NCBI GenBank assembly: GCA_965220345.1
Contig: OZ244822.1
Coordinates: forward strand, 1,222,669-1,286,668
Source of the DNA: Candidatus Aldehydirespirator sp.
GTDB taxonomy: Bacteria > Actinomycetota > Acidimicrobiia > Acidimicrobiales > Aldehydirespiratoraceae
Direction of reading: 5' to 3'
Length of the DNA stretch: 64,000 nucleotides
The translations under genes were made by a program, and so were the position numbers. A model generated the notes under the pieces. That model did not search any database, was not told the DNA's origin, and saw only the letters and a list, made by a program, of their open reading frames with translations. This document shows positions 41,301 through 48,483 of the stretch, piece by piece. Numbering within the stretch: position 1 is the stretch's first letter; every line of letters begins with the position of its first letter.

Positions 41301-41877
41301 CAGCCATTGATTCTGCTAAATCCTGCAACTTTGTGGTTGCTGTGGTTGCCGTGGTTGCTGCATCAGAGTCCAAACCGCTGAAAGCCAACGCAGCAGCCTC
41401 ACCAGCAGGTAACAACCGCAACGACATCGTTTCGTCACCGTCTTGCCACTCAAACACGCCATCATCATCAAGCAACCCTGCGCTGCTCAGATCCAGCGGA
41501 TCGGAACCCAGTTCATGACCCTCAATCTCCTCAGGCAACAAATCGGGAGCTAAGCCTTCCGTGACATCAAAACCCTCCTCCACCTCAAACGGCAAAACCA
41601 CCTCATCGGTATCTGGTGGGATGCCATCAGAATCATCCAGATCAGCCTGCACGACAACGTCAGAGCCATCATCTGACGGGGGGACCTCTGCGTTGACATC
41701 AATGTCAAGATCATCAACCGAAGGGGCTACCACAGTCTGAAGTACCAGTGTCTCAGGCGCATCAACAAGCGGCTGAGCCCAAACCGCAGTCGAAGCCTGA
41801 ACCGTGGCTCCCGCAGTCAAAGCTACAGCCAGCAACGATGAACTAAGTAAACGACGCAAACCGGCTCGGCGGTTCAT
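29380..41877 (-). CDS. Giant secreted protein: signal peptide, acidic region, subtilisin S8 peptidase, proprotein-convertase P-domain, 27 Calx-beta-like domains with 5 interleaved unassigned modules
   Basis: Signal peptide MNRRAGLRRLLSSSLLAVALTAGATVQASTAVWA. S8 catalytic triad contexts are VSVVDNTW (Asp), HATAVAGIIGA (His) and GTSFSAPMVSGVAAL (Ser). The P-domain reads LKLTLVSPSGKESVL...GTWKLKIENI. Repeated ~106-aa units end in (A/T/S)DDD, and the last unit is a canonical Calx-beta (GEDFV...EPDETFTIVL). Confidence 0.9.
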   Translation of the reverse strand: MNRRAGLRRLLSSSLLAVALTAGATVQASTAVWAQPLVDAPETLVLQTVVAPSVDDLDIDVNAEVPPSDDGSDVVVQADLDDSDGIPPDTDEVVLPFEVEEGFDVTEGLAPDLLPEEIEGHELGSDPLDLSSAGLLDDDGVFEWQDGDETMSLRLLPAGEAAALAFSGLDSDAATTATTATTKLQDLAESMAAVSYVPTHDGLSNETSAVVQQQADNWFVSDTGQLFLPVGGVLILFEAGLSVADINALWTQYNIDLRRVSAVEGLPHAFMIDTSSDAESLKLVQLLSQAPGVESVTPNMFTPAVIDVSESVPVSYPSINTATINVCTSNNPPLSDALSACLWHFDRSKALGLIAGGKTYKPQVDINIGEVWKTTQGDGITVSVVDNTWEAGHEDLVGNANRAASTNWGGLTGETGTHAPWHATAVAGIIGARDNTIGGRGVAPRASLLNVNYVHWQNSYSETQRFLHRANTVAVANHSYAQWGNGRLYRMARLSSAALEQSLESGFGGKGTLHVKGAGNGKDGGFGDEASLEENNSHYGVVVACAVNSAGTSAIYSEEGPNLWVCGPSGEKTASRHDLLSTIGKNHYHVGLRGTSFSAPMVSGVAALVRSANKNLTWRDVKLILAGTAQKNDSSDSSWQSGAFKYGSTTDSYSYSRKYGFGLVDASAAVTAAQNWKLLPPMISASASAKPAATISKADGSKEFTLNLSSDISFVEHVDVNIDMETPHFRSLKLTLVSPSGKESVLVNPSFAAGRLCLCSLYGDFKFASVRHLGETSTGTWKLKIENINDANYARLDSWGVTVYGHNPSRTEVLSLSTQSTVTEGDDTTISVTHTGAPLTSDLIVPIVVTPGSGATPPGKANPDYTELKSITIPAGSNKGSATISTTEDNTHELTEAINIKIGALQAPHVSNGIAKQIFILDDDQPIVTIKPARTLFYEGEDIVFELTMDRKPAKPLEVWVEVTEEGRPRIYMTHDWLIQANKFITGKPIKVAVKTVLDQIDEPDRVIRATINSSTSYKISGKNPVTVTMSDDLPRVRVASDGDIEEGEDASFTLTAFPAPSAPLTVAVSVKETGYFGVDTSTRTVTIDTSGTAKLTIPTVKHRFNQPDGSVTVKVQSSTDDSYYPVPRKNSVSATANITDIDNAAFTVDATLLAKARAHSTSIVYMFKPDIINLWRRVLLAFGDNPSGVTGGAMTATEAQTYADNALHADWTNVAAELRKLEAAQARTPVVIIDAGPDISEGDDATFTLRALPGPASDLEVDVTLTSKGSFDVDTTPQTVTIPTNGTATLTIPVDHDSTDGADGAVTVTVVDGTSYDVYSKPSASVAVSDYGAGAPLPRVSIFSEGDVTEASWARFKLTANPVPTSPIKVRWNASGSNNFGVFGSTTGTIFISSRGVAYFSVAVIDDLINEPDGYVTVTLADGTDYDLKASASAATVNIADDDIPVISITSSKSKVTEGSPASFKVLADPWPHSDLDVNVAVTASGDYGVTAGSHTVTIPAAGNTAGRTTLDLATTGDSTSEADGSVTATLVDSTNYDLKSSASAATVNIVDDDDPSVISVTAGSAITEGGNAQFTITPKPIPKSPLTINYRVTTSGDYGVTTGTKTITIGTNTASTTFSIATTGDTTNEADGSVTVTLVDDAAYDLDSSASSATVNITDDDVPEISIAAGSNITEGANASFTLTADPTPHSSITVNVTVSATGSYGVTTGSQTVTIPTSGTVTFTVATTGDSTDEADGSVTATLNTGNGYTLDSSASAATVNIADDDVPEISIAAGSDVTEGNSASFKLTADPTPHTSIDVTVKVTATGSYGVTTGNQTVTIPTSGTATLTVATTGDTVDEVDGSVTATLVDGATYNLDSSASAATVAVTDNDVPTVGITAGTAVTEGGSASFTLTASPVPKANLDVTVAVTATGNYGVTTGNQTVTIPTSGTATLTIATTDDSVDEATGTVTATLVDGAAYDLDSSASAAAVYIADDDIPEISIASGNAVTEGSNATFTLTADPVPKANLDVTVAVTATGNYGVTTGNQTVTIPTSGTATLTIATTGDSADEANGSVSATLIDGAGYDLDSLASTATVAVTDDDVPEVSITAGNNTVTEGSRASFTLAADPAPYSSITVNVTVTASGDYGVTTGSRTVTIPTSGTATLTIATTGDTTDEADGSVTVTVNTGNNYTLDSSASAATVAITDNDVPTVGIAAGSGVTEGSSASFTLTASPAPKANLDVTVTVTASGSYGVTTGNQTVTIGTTGTATLAIATTGDAINEANGSVTATLVDGAAYDLDSSASAATVNISDDDVPEVSITAGSNITEGSNATFTVTANPAPASNLDVTVAVTATGSYGVTTGSQTITIGTSGTATLTIATTGDTTDEANGSVTATLNTGSGYNIDSTASAATVNIADDDVPEVSITAGSNITEGANASFTLTADPTPHSSITVNITVSATGAYGVTTGSQTVTIPTSGTATLTVATTGDTTNEANGTVTVTLNTGTGYNIDSTASTATVNVADDDAAAVYVVPAQLITDVQGYATETDNGEDHVNRWKRVLLAFGENVPGFTGTPITLIEAQGFANQFWSTRWDPVVIALQALANNPQTPTTPEISITAGSNITEGSNATFTVTANPAPASNLDVTVAVTATGSYGVTTGSQTITIGTSGTATLTIATTGDTTDEANGSVTATLNTGSGYNIDSTASAATVNIADDDVPEVSITAGSNITEGANASFTLTADPTPHSSITVNITVSATGAYGVTTGSQTVTIPTSGTATLTVATTGDTTNEANGTVTVTVNTGTGYNIDSTASTATVNVADDDAAAVYVVPAQLITDVQGYATETDNGEDHVNRWKRVLLAFGENVPGFTGTPITLIEAQGFANQFWSTRWDPVVIALQALANNPQTPTTPEISITAGSNITEGSNATFTVTANPAPASNLDVTVAVTATGSYGVTTGSQTITIGTSGTATLTIATTGDTTDEANGSVTATLNTGSGYNIDSTASAATVNISDDDVPEVSITAGSNITEGSNATFTLTANPAPSANLDVTVAVTATGSYGVTTGSQTVTIPTSGTATLTIATTGDSTDEVNGSVTATLNTGSGYNIDSTASAATVNISDDDVPEVSITAGSNITEGSNATFTVTANPAPSANLDVNVAVTATGSYGVTTGSQTVTIPTSGTATLTVATTGDTTNEANGTVTVTVNTGTGYSIDSTASAATVNVADDDAAAVYVVPAQLITDVQGYATETDNGEDHVNRWKRVLLAFGEDVPGFTGTPMTLVEAQGFASQFWSTRWDPVVIALQALANNPQTPTTPEISITAGSNITEGSNATFTLTANPAPSANLDVTVAVTATGSYGVTTGSQTVTIPTSGTATLTIATTGDTTDEANGSVTATLNTGSGYNIDSTASAATVNIADDDVPEVSITAGSNITEGANASFTLTADPTPHSSITVNVTVSATGAYGVTTGSQTVTIPTSGTATLTVATTGDTTNEANGTVTVTVNTGTGYNIDSTASAATVNVADDDAAAVYVVPAQLITDVQGYATETDNGEDHVNRWKRVLLAFGENVPGFTGTPITLIEAQGFANQFWSTRWDPVVIALQALANNPQTPTTPEISITAGSNITEGSNASFTLTANPAPSANLNVTVAVTATGSYGVTTGNQTVTIGTSGTATLTIATTGDTTDEVNGSVTATLNTGSGYNIDSTASAATVNIADDDDPPVLPPPTPATPVVGVTAGSNVTEGGSASFTFTASPAPASNLNVTVTVSASGAYGVTTGNRTVTIPTSGTATFTIATTGDSTDEADGSVTVTVNTGNSYNVDSSASAATVAISDDDDPPVLPAVTPVVGVTAGNGITEGGTASFTFTASPAPASNLNVTVNVSASGSFGVNTGSRIVTIGTSGTATVTIATTGDTVDEANGSVTVTLADGAAYDLDSSASTATVAVSDDDVPEVSIAAGSDVTEGSNATFTLTADPAPHSSITVNVTVTASGDYGVTTGSRTVTIPTSGTATLTIATTGDTTDEANGSVTVTVNTGSNYTLDSSASTATVNITDDDDPPPPAPPADAVTISVEESTYVEGRSPFYLIRFKLSKPASERVTVKYTPGVLGTGAGYATAGEDFVVRTSSISFRPGATSNIGLIYALNDRVKEPDETFTIVLSEPQGVHISDKQPVLTIKDND
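30770..34990. repeat. Near-identical higher-order tandem repeats (894, 1212, 894, 894 bp) inside the giant gene
   Basis: The landmark TGTGGTCGGGGTTTGTGGG recurs at 31081, 31975, 33187 and 34081. The antisense shadow ORFs at 33068..33367 and 33962..34261 translate identically. Confidence 0.9.
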
Positions 41878-42033
41878 ATCTCAAATATAGCCGCAGATCC
41901 GTTGCACTGCTACTTGAATCTTGCTAAGTCCGAGGTTGTCAGACAGATCGGTTCGGCTTACCAAGAAGCTGTCTGACCTGAGTCACCAGAGGCAGGTAGC
42001 CGAGGTAACCCGCTCGGGCTCAGAGTTCAGAGT

Positions 42034-43743
42034 TTAGGAAGGTTGACTGCGTCGCTTTTGGATGTTGGCCCATTCGTCGCGCAGGCCGACAGTACGATGA
42101 AAAAACATTTGCGTGTCACTGTCGCAGGCGAAGTAGCCGAGCCGCTCAAACTGCACCACCTCACCAGGTTCGGCACGGCTCAACTCGGGTTCCAGCTTGG
42201 CGTCAGTGATCAGTTCGAGCGAAGACGGGTTGTAGGACTTGAGCGGGTCGCTTTCGTTGCTGCCGGGCACGACCTCAGCAAAGAGACGGTCATACAGTGC
42301 GACAGTGGCATCTACTGCGTGATCGGCTGATACCCAATGGATCGTGGCACGAACTTTGCGCCCATCTGGGGCCTTTCCACCACTAGTCAGCGGGTCATAA
42401 CTGCAGAACAACCGCACAACCTGACCGTCTGTGCCGGTTTCAACATCTTCGCAGCGCAAAAAGTAGGCAGCCCGCAAACGCACCTCGCGCCCGGGTGCCA
42501 GCCGGTAGAACTTCCCGGGTGGTTCCATCATGAAGTCGTCACGCTCTATCCATAGCCGCGGCCCGAACGGCACTAGCCGGCTGCCAGCATTGGGATCCTC
42601 AGGATTGTTGACTGCTTGGCGCTGCTCAACCGGTTCGGGCTGATCCCAGTTGGTGATCACGACTTCCAAAGGATGCAGCACAGCCATGCGACGCTGAGCG
42701 CTGCGGTTGAGCCGGGTCCGCACGAACGACTCAAGAAGCTCAATTTCGTGAACCCCGTTAACTCGAGCCACGCCGATGTGGGCACAAAAATCTCTGATCG
42801 CTTCGGGCGGGTAACCTCGTCGGCGTAGCCCTCGAAGGGTCGGCAGTCGCGGATCATCCCACCCGTCGACCAAGCCTTCATCAACCAATGCATGCAACTG
42901 CCGCTTGGAGGTAACTGTATGGGTGAGGTTCAAACGGGCGAACTCATATTGGCGGGGCGGATCTCCAGGCAACGGCAACTGTTGCAGATACCAGTCATAG
43001 AGAGGGCGATGAGCGTCGAACTCCAGTGAGCACAACGAATGGGTGACACCCTCAATAGCATCGCTTTGACCGTGCGCCCAGTCGTAAGTGGGGTAGATAC
43101 ACCAAGCATCGCCGCTGCGGAAGTGACTCAAGTGACGGATCCTGTACATCACTGGGTCGCGCATCAACATGTTGGGATGTGCCATATCGATTTTTGCTCG
43201 TAGCACTTTGTCACCGTCGGCGAAGCGTCCGGCGCGCATCTCCTCAAACAATCTCAAGTTTTCTGAAATGCTGCGATCACGCCAAGGGCTGTTAGTGCCT
43301 GGCGTAGTGAAATCGCCTCGAGTAGCGGAGATAGTTTCTGCATCTTGATCATCCACATAAGCCAAACCTTTACGCATCAGATGCTGTGCCCAGCCGTAAA
43401 GAGTCTCGAAATAGTCCGAGGCGTAAACCACTTCACCGTCGGGTTTGAAACCCAGCCAAGCGATGTCTTGGATGATCGCCTCAGTAAAGCTGGTATCTTC
43501 GCCTTCGGGGTTGGTGTCGTCGAAGCGCAGCCGACAAATACCGCTGTTCTCGGCGGCTATCTCAAAGTTAAGACAGATCGCCTTGGCATGACCAATGTGT
43601 AGAAAGCCGTTGGGTTCCGGCGGAAAACGGGTTTGTACACGGCCACCGAAAACGCCTTCGGTGTTATCGCGGCGAACCTGTTCTCTAATGAAGTCAAGAG
43701 ATCGGGTTTCGTCGCCAGAGACGGCATCTGGCAGGCTGCTCAC
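42034..43743 (-). CDS. glnS: Glutamine--tRNA ligase
   Basis: Class I HIGH motif (PEPNGFLHIGHAK) and KMSKS-equivalent VTSKRQL. The overall GlnRS pattern DFIREQV...RFPPEPNG is present. Confidence 0.9.
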   Translation of the reverse strand: MSSLPDAVSGDETRSLDFIREQVRRDNTEGVFGGRVQTRFPPEPNGFLHIGHAKAICLNFEIAAENSGICRLRFDDTNPEGEDTSFTEAIIQDIAWLGFKPDGEVVYASDYFETLYGWAQHLMRKGLAYVDDQDAETISATRGDFTTPGTNSPWRDRSISENLRLFEEMRAGRFADGDKVLRAKIDMAHPNMLMRDPVMYRIRHLSHFRSGDAWCIYPTYDWAHGQSDAIEGVTHSLCSLEFDAHRPLYDWYLQQLPLPGDPPRQYEFARLNLTHTVTSKRQLHALVDEGLVDGWDDPRLPTLRGLRRRGYPPEAIRDFCAHIGVARVNGVHEIELLESFVRTRLNRSAQRRMAVLHPLEVVITNWDQPEPVEQRQAVNNPEDPNAGSRLVPFGPRLWIERDDFMMEPPGKFYRLAPGREVRLRAAYFLRCEDVETGTDGQVVRLFCSYDPLTSGGKAPDGRKVRATIHWVSADHAVDATVALYDRLFAEVVPGSNESDPLKSYNPSSLELITDAKLEPELSRAEPGEVVQFERLGYFACDSDTQMFFHRTVGLRDEWANIQKRRSQPS

Positions 43744-43753
43744 TGCGACTGTT

Positions 43754-44518
43754 TCAGCCGTCTGATTGACCCAAATATGAGGCTCTCAACTCGGGATGAG
43801 TTAGAAGGTTCTCAGCAGAGTCATCAAGCACCACTCTGCCGGTTTGTAGCACCCAGCCGCGGTCAGCTATCGACAGAGCCATGTTGGCGTTTTGCTCCAC
43901 CATGAAGACGGTCAGCCCAGAGGCATGGATCTGTTCGATCAGCTCAAAATTTTGTTGCACTAATGCTGGTGCCAGACCCATCGACGGTTCATCCATCAAA
44001 AGCAGTCTCGGGCGAGCCATCAAAGCTCTGCCCATAGCCACCATTTGCTGTTCGCCGCCTGACAAGGTGCCTGCTTTTTGACTGAGACGCTCTTTGACTC
44101 GGGGGAACAGTTCAAAAACTCGTTCCAAGTCTTCGGCGATGCCGTCTGAGTCAGAACGCAGGTACGCCCCCAAGTCAAGGTTCTCACGAACACTCAAACG
44201 CTTGAAGAGTCGCCGATTCTCGGGCACCATGGTTACCCCTCGGGCTACCCGATAACTGGTGGGTTTGTTGTTGACCACTTCACCGTCAAGCACTACCTCG
44301 CCCGAACTTGGTTTAAGCATTCCCAGAAGGGTCTTGAGGGTGGTGCTCTTGCCGCTAGCGTTGCCGCCAAGCAGGCAAACTAACTCGCCTGCTTTGATTG
44401 ACAGGTTCACGTCGCGCAGCGCATGAACTGCCCCGTAATGGGCGTTCACTTCGCGCATCTCCAGCAGCGGAGGAGCAGCCTCAGTCGCAGTCTCGGTTGG
44501 GGTGTTGCTGTTATTCAT
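43754..44518 (-). CDS. livF: Branched-chain amino acid ABC transporter ATP-binding protein
   Basis: Walker A GGNASGKST, signature LSGGEQQM, Walker B LLMDEPS. Confidence 0.85.
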   Translation of the reverse strand: MNNSNTPTETATEAAPPLLEMREVNAHYGAVHALRDVNLSIKAGELVCLLGGNASGKSTTLKTLLGMLKPSSGEVVLDGEVVNNKPTSYRVARGVTMVPENRRLFKRLSVRENLDLGAYLRSDSDGIAEDLERVFELFPRVKERLSQKAGTLSGGEQQMVAMGRALMARPRLLLMDEPSMGLAPALVQQNFELIEQIHASGLTVFMVEQNANMALSIADRGWVLQTGRVVLDDSAENLLTHPELRASYLGQSDG

Positions 44519-45357
44519 GAAACTTCGGTTCCGTGGCCGAGGTAAGCCTCAATCACCTTCGGGTCGTTGGATACTTCCTCGTATTCGCCTTCTGCGATCT
44601 TGGTGCCATGGTCAAGCACAACCACTCGGTCTGAGACTTCTCGCACTGCATCCATGTGATGCTCGATCATCACAATGGCGAAACCCCACTCATCACGCAG
44701 TCGCCCCACCAGTTTGGTGAGTTCGGCTGACTCAACTGGGTTCATGCCCGCGACTGGCTCATCAAGCAGTATCAGCTTGGGTTCGGTGGCCATAGCTCGA
44801 GCGATTTCTAGCCTGCGCCGGTTGGCGTAAGAAAGAGTGAAGGCGGGCTGATCAAAGCGGTAACCGAGAAGGCGAGACCCGAAGAAGCTGAGGACCTTCT
44901 CGGCTCGTTCACGGATTTCGGCTTCTTCCCGCCGGAAGGCGGGTGTGTAGAACAAGGCACCGAAAGCGTGCTGACGAGTGCGACAATGCTGTGAAACCAT
45001 CACATTTTCGAGCACAGTCATGTTGGCAAACAGTCGCACATTCTGGAAAGTGCGAGCTATGCCGCGGGCGGTGACCTTGTTAGGGTCGAGACCTGTCATT
45101 GAGTCACCCTCAAAGAGAATATCTCCCGACGACAGCGCGACAGTGGCAGTTATAGCGTTGAACAGGGTGGTTTTGCCTGCACCGTTGGGGCCGATCACCG
45201 AGACGATCTCGCCTTCATGCACTTCAAAGTCAAGTCCGTCAAGGGCGTGCAAGCCGCCGAAATCAACACTAAGCTTGCGGGTTTCTAGCAGTGGAGAAGT
45301 CCCAGTGGCTGTGTTGCCGTTCGGGGTTGAGGGAGTGGCGCTTATGGTGTCGGTCAT
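44515..45357 (-). CDS. livG: Branched-chain amino acid ABC transporter ATP-binding protein
   Basis: Walker A GPNGAGKTT, Walker B ILLDEPVAGMNP and the LivG-type C-terminal segment. Confidence 0.85.
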   Translation of the reverse strand: MTDTISATPSTPNGNTATGTSPLLETRKLSVDFGGLHALDGLDFEVHEGEIVSVIGPNGAGKTTLFNAITATVALSSGDILFEGDSMTGLDPNKVTARGIARTFQNVRLFANMTVLENVMVSQHCRTRQHAFGALFYTPAFRREEAEIRERAEKVLSFFGSRLLGYRFDQPAFTLSYANRRRLEIARAMATEPKLILLDEPVAGMNPVESAELTKLVGRLRDEWGFAIVMIEHHMDAVREVSDRVVVLDHGTKIAEGEYEEVSNDPKVIEAYLGHGTEVS

Positions 45358-45364
45358 GTCGCGG

Positions 45365-47242
45365 TTACGTCGTTGTTACAGCTGGTTTGTCACCGCTGCC
45401 ACCGTTGGTGCTGTCGGCTTCTTCGTCAAGTTGTTCTCGTAGCCAGGCATCTTGAGCTATTTCCTGTTGATGTAGTTCACGAGAACGCCGCACGCTCGGT
45501 ATCAAACCTTCGGGACGTGCCAGCATCATCCATATCAGCAACGCTCCGTAGATCAGCAACTTGTACTCGGAGAACTCCGATAACAGCCCTGGCTGTCTGG
45601 GCCCTCCCAGCACTCCGATCAAAACAGCAGAGCCAGCGATAACGCCGGGGATGCTGCCCATGCCACCAAAGATGACAACCACCAGAATAACTATCGACAC
45701 CAAGATCAGGAAGCTGTTGGGGAACACTGAACCTACTTTGGCTGAGAAGATCGCGCCGCTGAACGAACCAAGAATGGCACCCACCACAAAAGCCATAAGC
45801 TTCACGTTGACTGTGTTGATACCCATAGCTTCGGCCACGGTTTCGTCTTCACGCACCGCCATCCAAGCTCGTCCCAGCCGTGAGCGTTCCAGCCGCCAGG
45901 AGATGTAGACGGCTAACGCGCAGAAAACCAGAACCAGATAGAACACATTTCGCGGTTCGGTACCAGAAACGCTTCCCAGTCCGAAGATTCCAGCACCGGG
46001 GATCATGGTGATGCCTTGTGAGCCCCCGAAGGTGCCAGAAGCCCAGTCCGACAGGAACAGCAGTCGGATGATCTCGCCAAATCCCAGAGTCACGATCGCC
46101 AGATAGTCGCCGCGCATTCGGATCACTGGAGCGCCGATGAACAGCCCCACCAAACCGGTGATAATCACCACGAAGATCAGTGCTACCAGCCACGGCATTT
46201 CTGGGTTGATGCGCGGAGAGGTCGCCGCGGTCAGCACTGCAGCCGAGTAGCTGCCTACCGCGAAGAAGGCCACATAGCCCAAGTCCAAAATCCCGGCTAG
46301 ACCCACAACGATATTGAGCCCCAACGCCAGCAGCACGAACAGCCCGACGTTGGCTAGGAGTTCGTTGGTGAACTTGCCCAAAAACAGTGGCAAGATCACC
46401 AAGACTGCGCCGGTTAGGACAATGAGACTGAGATTCGTTCGAGTGCGACTGGCACCCTCAAGAGAAGCAATATGTGCACGGGCTTGGCGAACACGCCCCC
46501 GTGCCAGAATCGTGACCACACCCGAGAAAGCCGCAAGAATTAGAGCCCAGTTCCAGTTGAGCCCGCCACGTCGAGCGTAGATCCGTTCGGTCAGCCACTC
46601 GAAGCGTAATCCCTCGGAGAGGTCCACTATCAGGCTCTCCAACACCGAGGTGAACCCCACAGTGAGGATCATGGTCACCACCACCCGTCGAGCTTTGGGG
46701 CTTAACAGGCGCATGGCACCACCCGCCGCCCCAGCAAGTCCCCCGAGAAGCAGCCATATGAAAACCGCGAAAGTCGTTGAGTTGCCGAAGGCCAGCAACT
46801 CCGCCATCATCGGGCTCCAGTTGACCAGCGGTTCGCGTAGATCGAAATTGGCTAGCAGCACCGACAGCAGCGACACGCCACCACCGGCGATAGCACCGCA
46901 TATCGCACCACCGAAGATCTCGTGCAATCCTGCTGCGTGCATTGGTATGCCTTCGCGTTGGATCTGATGACCGACACGGTTACCGGCTAAGAAAGGCACG
47001 AACAGCAGCGACAGATAGCCGAGGCTAAGAATCGGTTTGATCAGCAGGCGATCATCAAGGCGTAGCGGCATGTTCGACAAAGCCAAAAAAATTTCTGCAC
47101 CAATGCCGACTGCACCCATGCTTATTATTCGTTTCCAGTCCTGTGCAAGCACTGGACGTGGCGGTGCCAACAGCACCTCGTTCTCGTGAGTTGAGGTGCG
47201 TGTGGCTGCTGCGCCGGGTGCTGGCTGCTCGGTGGCGGTCAT
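45365..47242 (-). CDS. livM: Branched-chain amino acid ABC permease (LivM-like) with a ~300-aa N-terminal membrane extension
   Basis: The C-terminal half has the LivM pattern (LGLNIVVGLAGILDLGYVAFFAVGSY). The N-terminal half is additional transmembrane helices. Confidence 0.8.
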   Translation of the reverse strand: MTATEQPAPGAAATRTSTHENEVLLAPPRPVLAQDWKRIISMGAVGIGAEIFLALSNMPLRLDDRLLIKPILSLGYLSLLFVPFLAGNRVGHQIQREGIPMHAAGLHEIFGGAICGAIAGGGVSLLSVLLANFDLREPLVNWSPMMAELLAFGNSTTFAVFIWLLLGGLAGAAGGAMRLLSPKARRVVVTMILTVGFTSVLESLIVDLSEGLRFEWLTERIYARRGGLNWNWALILAAFSGVVTILARGRVRQARAHIASLEGASRTRTNLSLIVLTGAVLVILPLFLGKFTNELLANVGLFVLLALGLNIVVGLAGILDLGYVAFFAVGSYSAAVLTAATSPRINPEMPWLVALIFVVIITGLVGLFIGAPVIRMRGDYLAIVTLGFGEIIRLLFLSDWASGTFGGSQGITMIPGAGIFGLGSVSGTEPRNVFYLVLVFCALAVYISWRLERSRLGRAWMAVREDETVAEAMGINTVNVKLMAFVVGAILGSFSGAIFSAKVGSVFPNSFLILVSIVILVVVIFGGMGSIPGVIAGSAVLIGVLGGPRQPGLLSEFSEYKLLIYGALLIWMMLARPEGLIPSVRRSRELHQQEIAQDAWLREQLDEEADSTNGGSGDKPAVTTT

Positions 47243-48360
47243 GTTCTGTCCTCAGCAGGCAGGCGTTCGCCAAAGATTCCTGCTGGGCGGATCAGCAGCA
47301 CACCGATAAGCATGGCAAAAGCGACTGCGTCACGAAGTTGAGACACGCCGCTTACTCCCAACGGTTCCAGAATCAGCAGCGGCCCCACTGATTCGGCTAC
47401 ACCAATAGAGACTCCACCAGCCATAGCACCACCAAGATGGCCTATGCCTCCGACCACAGCCGCGCTGAACGCTTTGATGCCTGGCAGGAAACCGGTGAGA
47501 TGTGTCACGCTGCGGAACAGGATTCCCCAGAGGATTCCGGCGAGACCGGCCATGGCACCACCAACCGCGAAGACTCGCACGATGGTGCGGTTGACATTGA
47601 TCCCCATCAGTGCCGCAATTTCTGCGTCTTCGGCCACGGCTCGCATGGCTTTGCCGCCTTTGGTGTGTTCCACTAGATACCAGAGCACAGCCATTGACAC
47701 CAGCGAAACCACCACCACCAAGATTCTGGCACCTTCGATTTGCAGGAAGGTGTGCTTGTCTTTTACCCAGTCGGGCACATCGGGGTAGGCCTTAGCTGTT
47801 GGCCCCAGCAGCACCAAGGCAGCGTTCTGGATAAAGAACGACACTCCGATGGAGGTGATGAGTGGTATCAGGCGAGGCGATCCTCGCAAAGGTCGGTAGG
47901 CGACGCGTTCCATGATTACCGCAGTGAGAGTGCAGACGATCATTGAGACGATCACGATCAACAGCAGTGACCCAACGAAGTTGCTTTCCCACCAGCCAGC
48001 GTCAGCGAGCTTGTTGGAGGTGATCATTCCGGTCATGGCACCAACCATGAACACCTCGCCGTGAGCGAAGTTAATGAATCCCAGCACCCCGTAGACCATT
48101 GAGTAGCCCAACGCGATCAGCCCATACATGCAGCCTTGCGCTACTCCTGACACGATCAACCCACGGAACTGTGCTCCCGTGAGTCCGGTGGCATCAGGGT
48201 TGACCACACGGGCGAAAGGATTGTCAGCGTCGATTTCTTGCCAAATGAAAGCCATTAAGCCGACTGCGATAACAGTCACAGCTGCCACACGCAAGAAGGT
48301 CAGAAACCAGTCAACTCCCGTGCGGGGCGCGCCGCGGCGAGGACCGGCAGTTCGGATCAT
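47239..48360 (-). CDS. livH: Branched-chain amino acid ABC permease
   Basis: LivH pattern (YGLIALGYSMVYGVLGFINFAHGE). Its end overlaps livM by 4 nt. Confidence 0.85.
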   Translation of the reverse strand: MIRTAGPRRGAPRTGVDWFLTFLRVAAVTVIAVGLMAFIWQEIDADNPFARVVNPDATGLTGAQFRGLIVSGVAQGCMYGLIALGYSMVYGVLGFINFAHGEVFMVGAMTGMITSNKLADAGWWESNFVGSLLLIVIVSMIVCTLTAVIMERVAYRPLRGSPRLIPLITSIGVSFFIQNAALVLLGPTAKAYPDVPDWVKDKHTFLQIEGARILVVVVSLVSMAVLWYLVEHTKGGKAMRAVAEDAEIAALMGINVNRTIVRVFAVGGAMAGLAGILWGILFRSVTHLTGFLPGIKAFSAAVVGGIGHLGGAMAGGVSIGVAESVGPLLILEPLGVSGVSQLRDAVAFAMLIGVLLIRPAGIFGERLPAEDRT

Positions 48361-48483
48361 TGCAGAGATGTTACGACAAAGTGAGGGCAGAGGTCAAGTT
48401 GGCGAACTTGTGGAGGTGCTGCCACAGAAAGCCGAGACGCTTGTGAGGGTGTTAGCGGCTTTGACTTGGGTCAGATTTTGAGC

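Noticed and set aside
47437-47946. Several plus-strand ORFs within the liv permease genes
   Set aside because: They are antisense shadows of livH and livM with no motifs.
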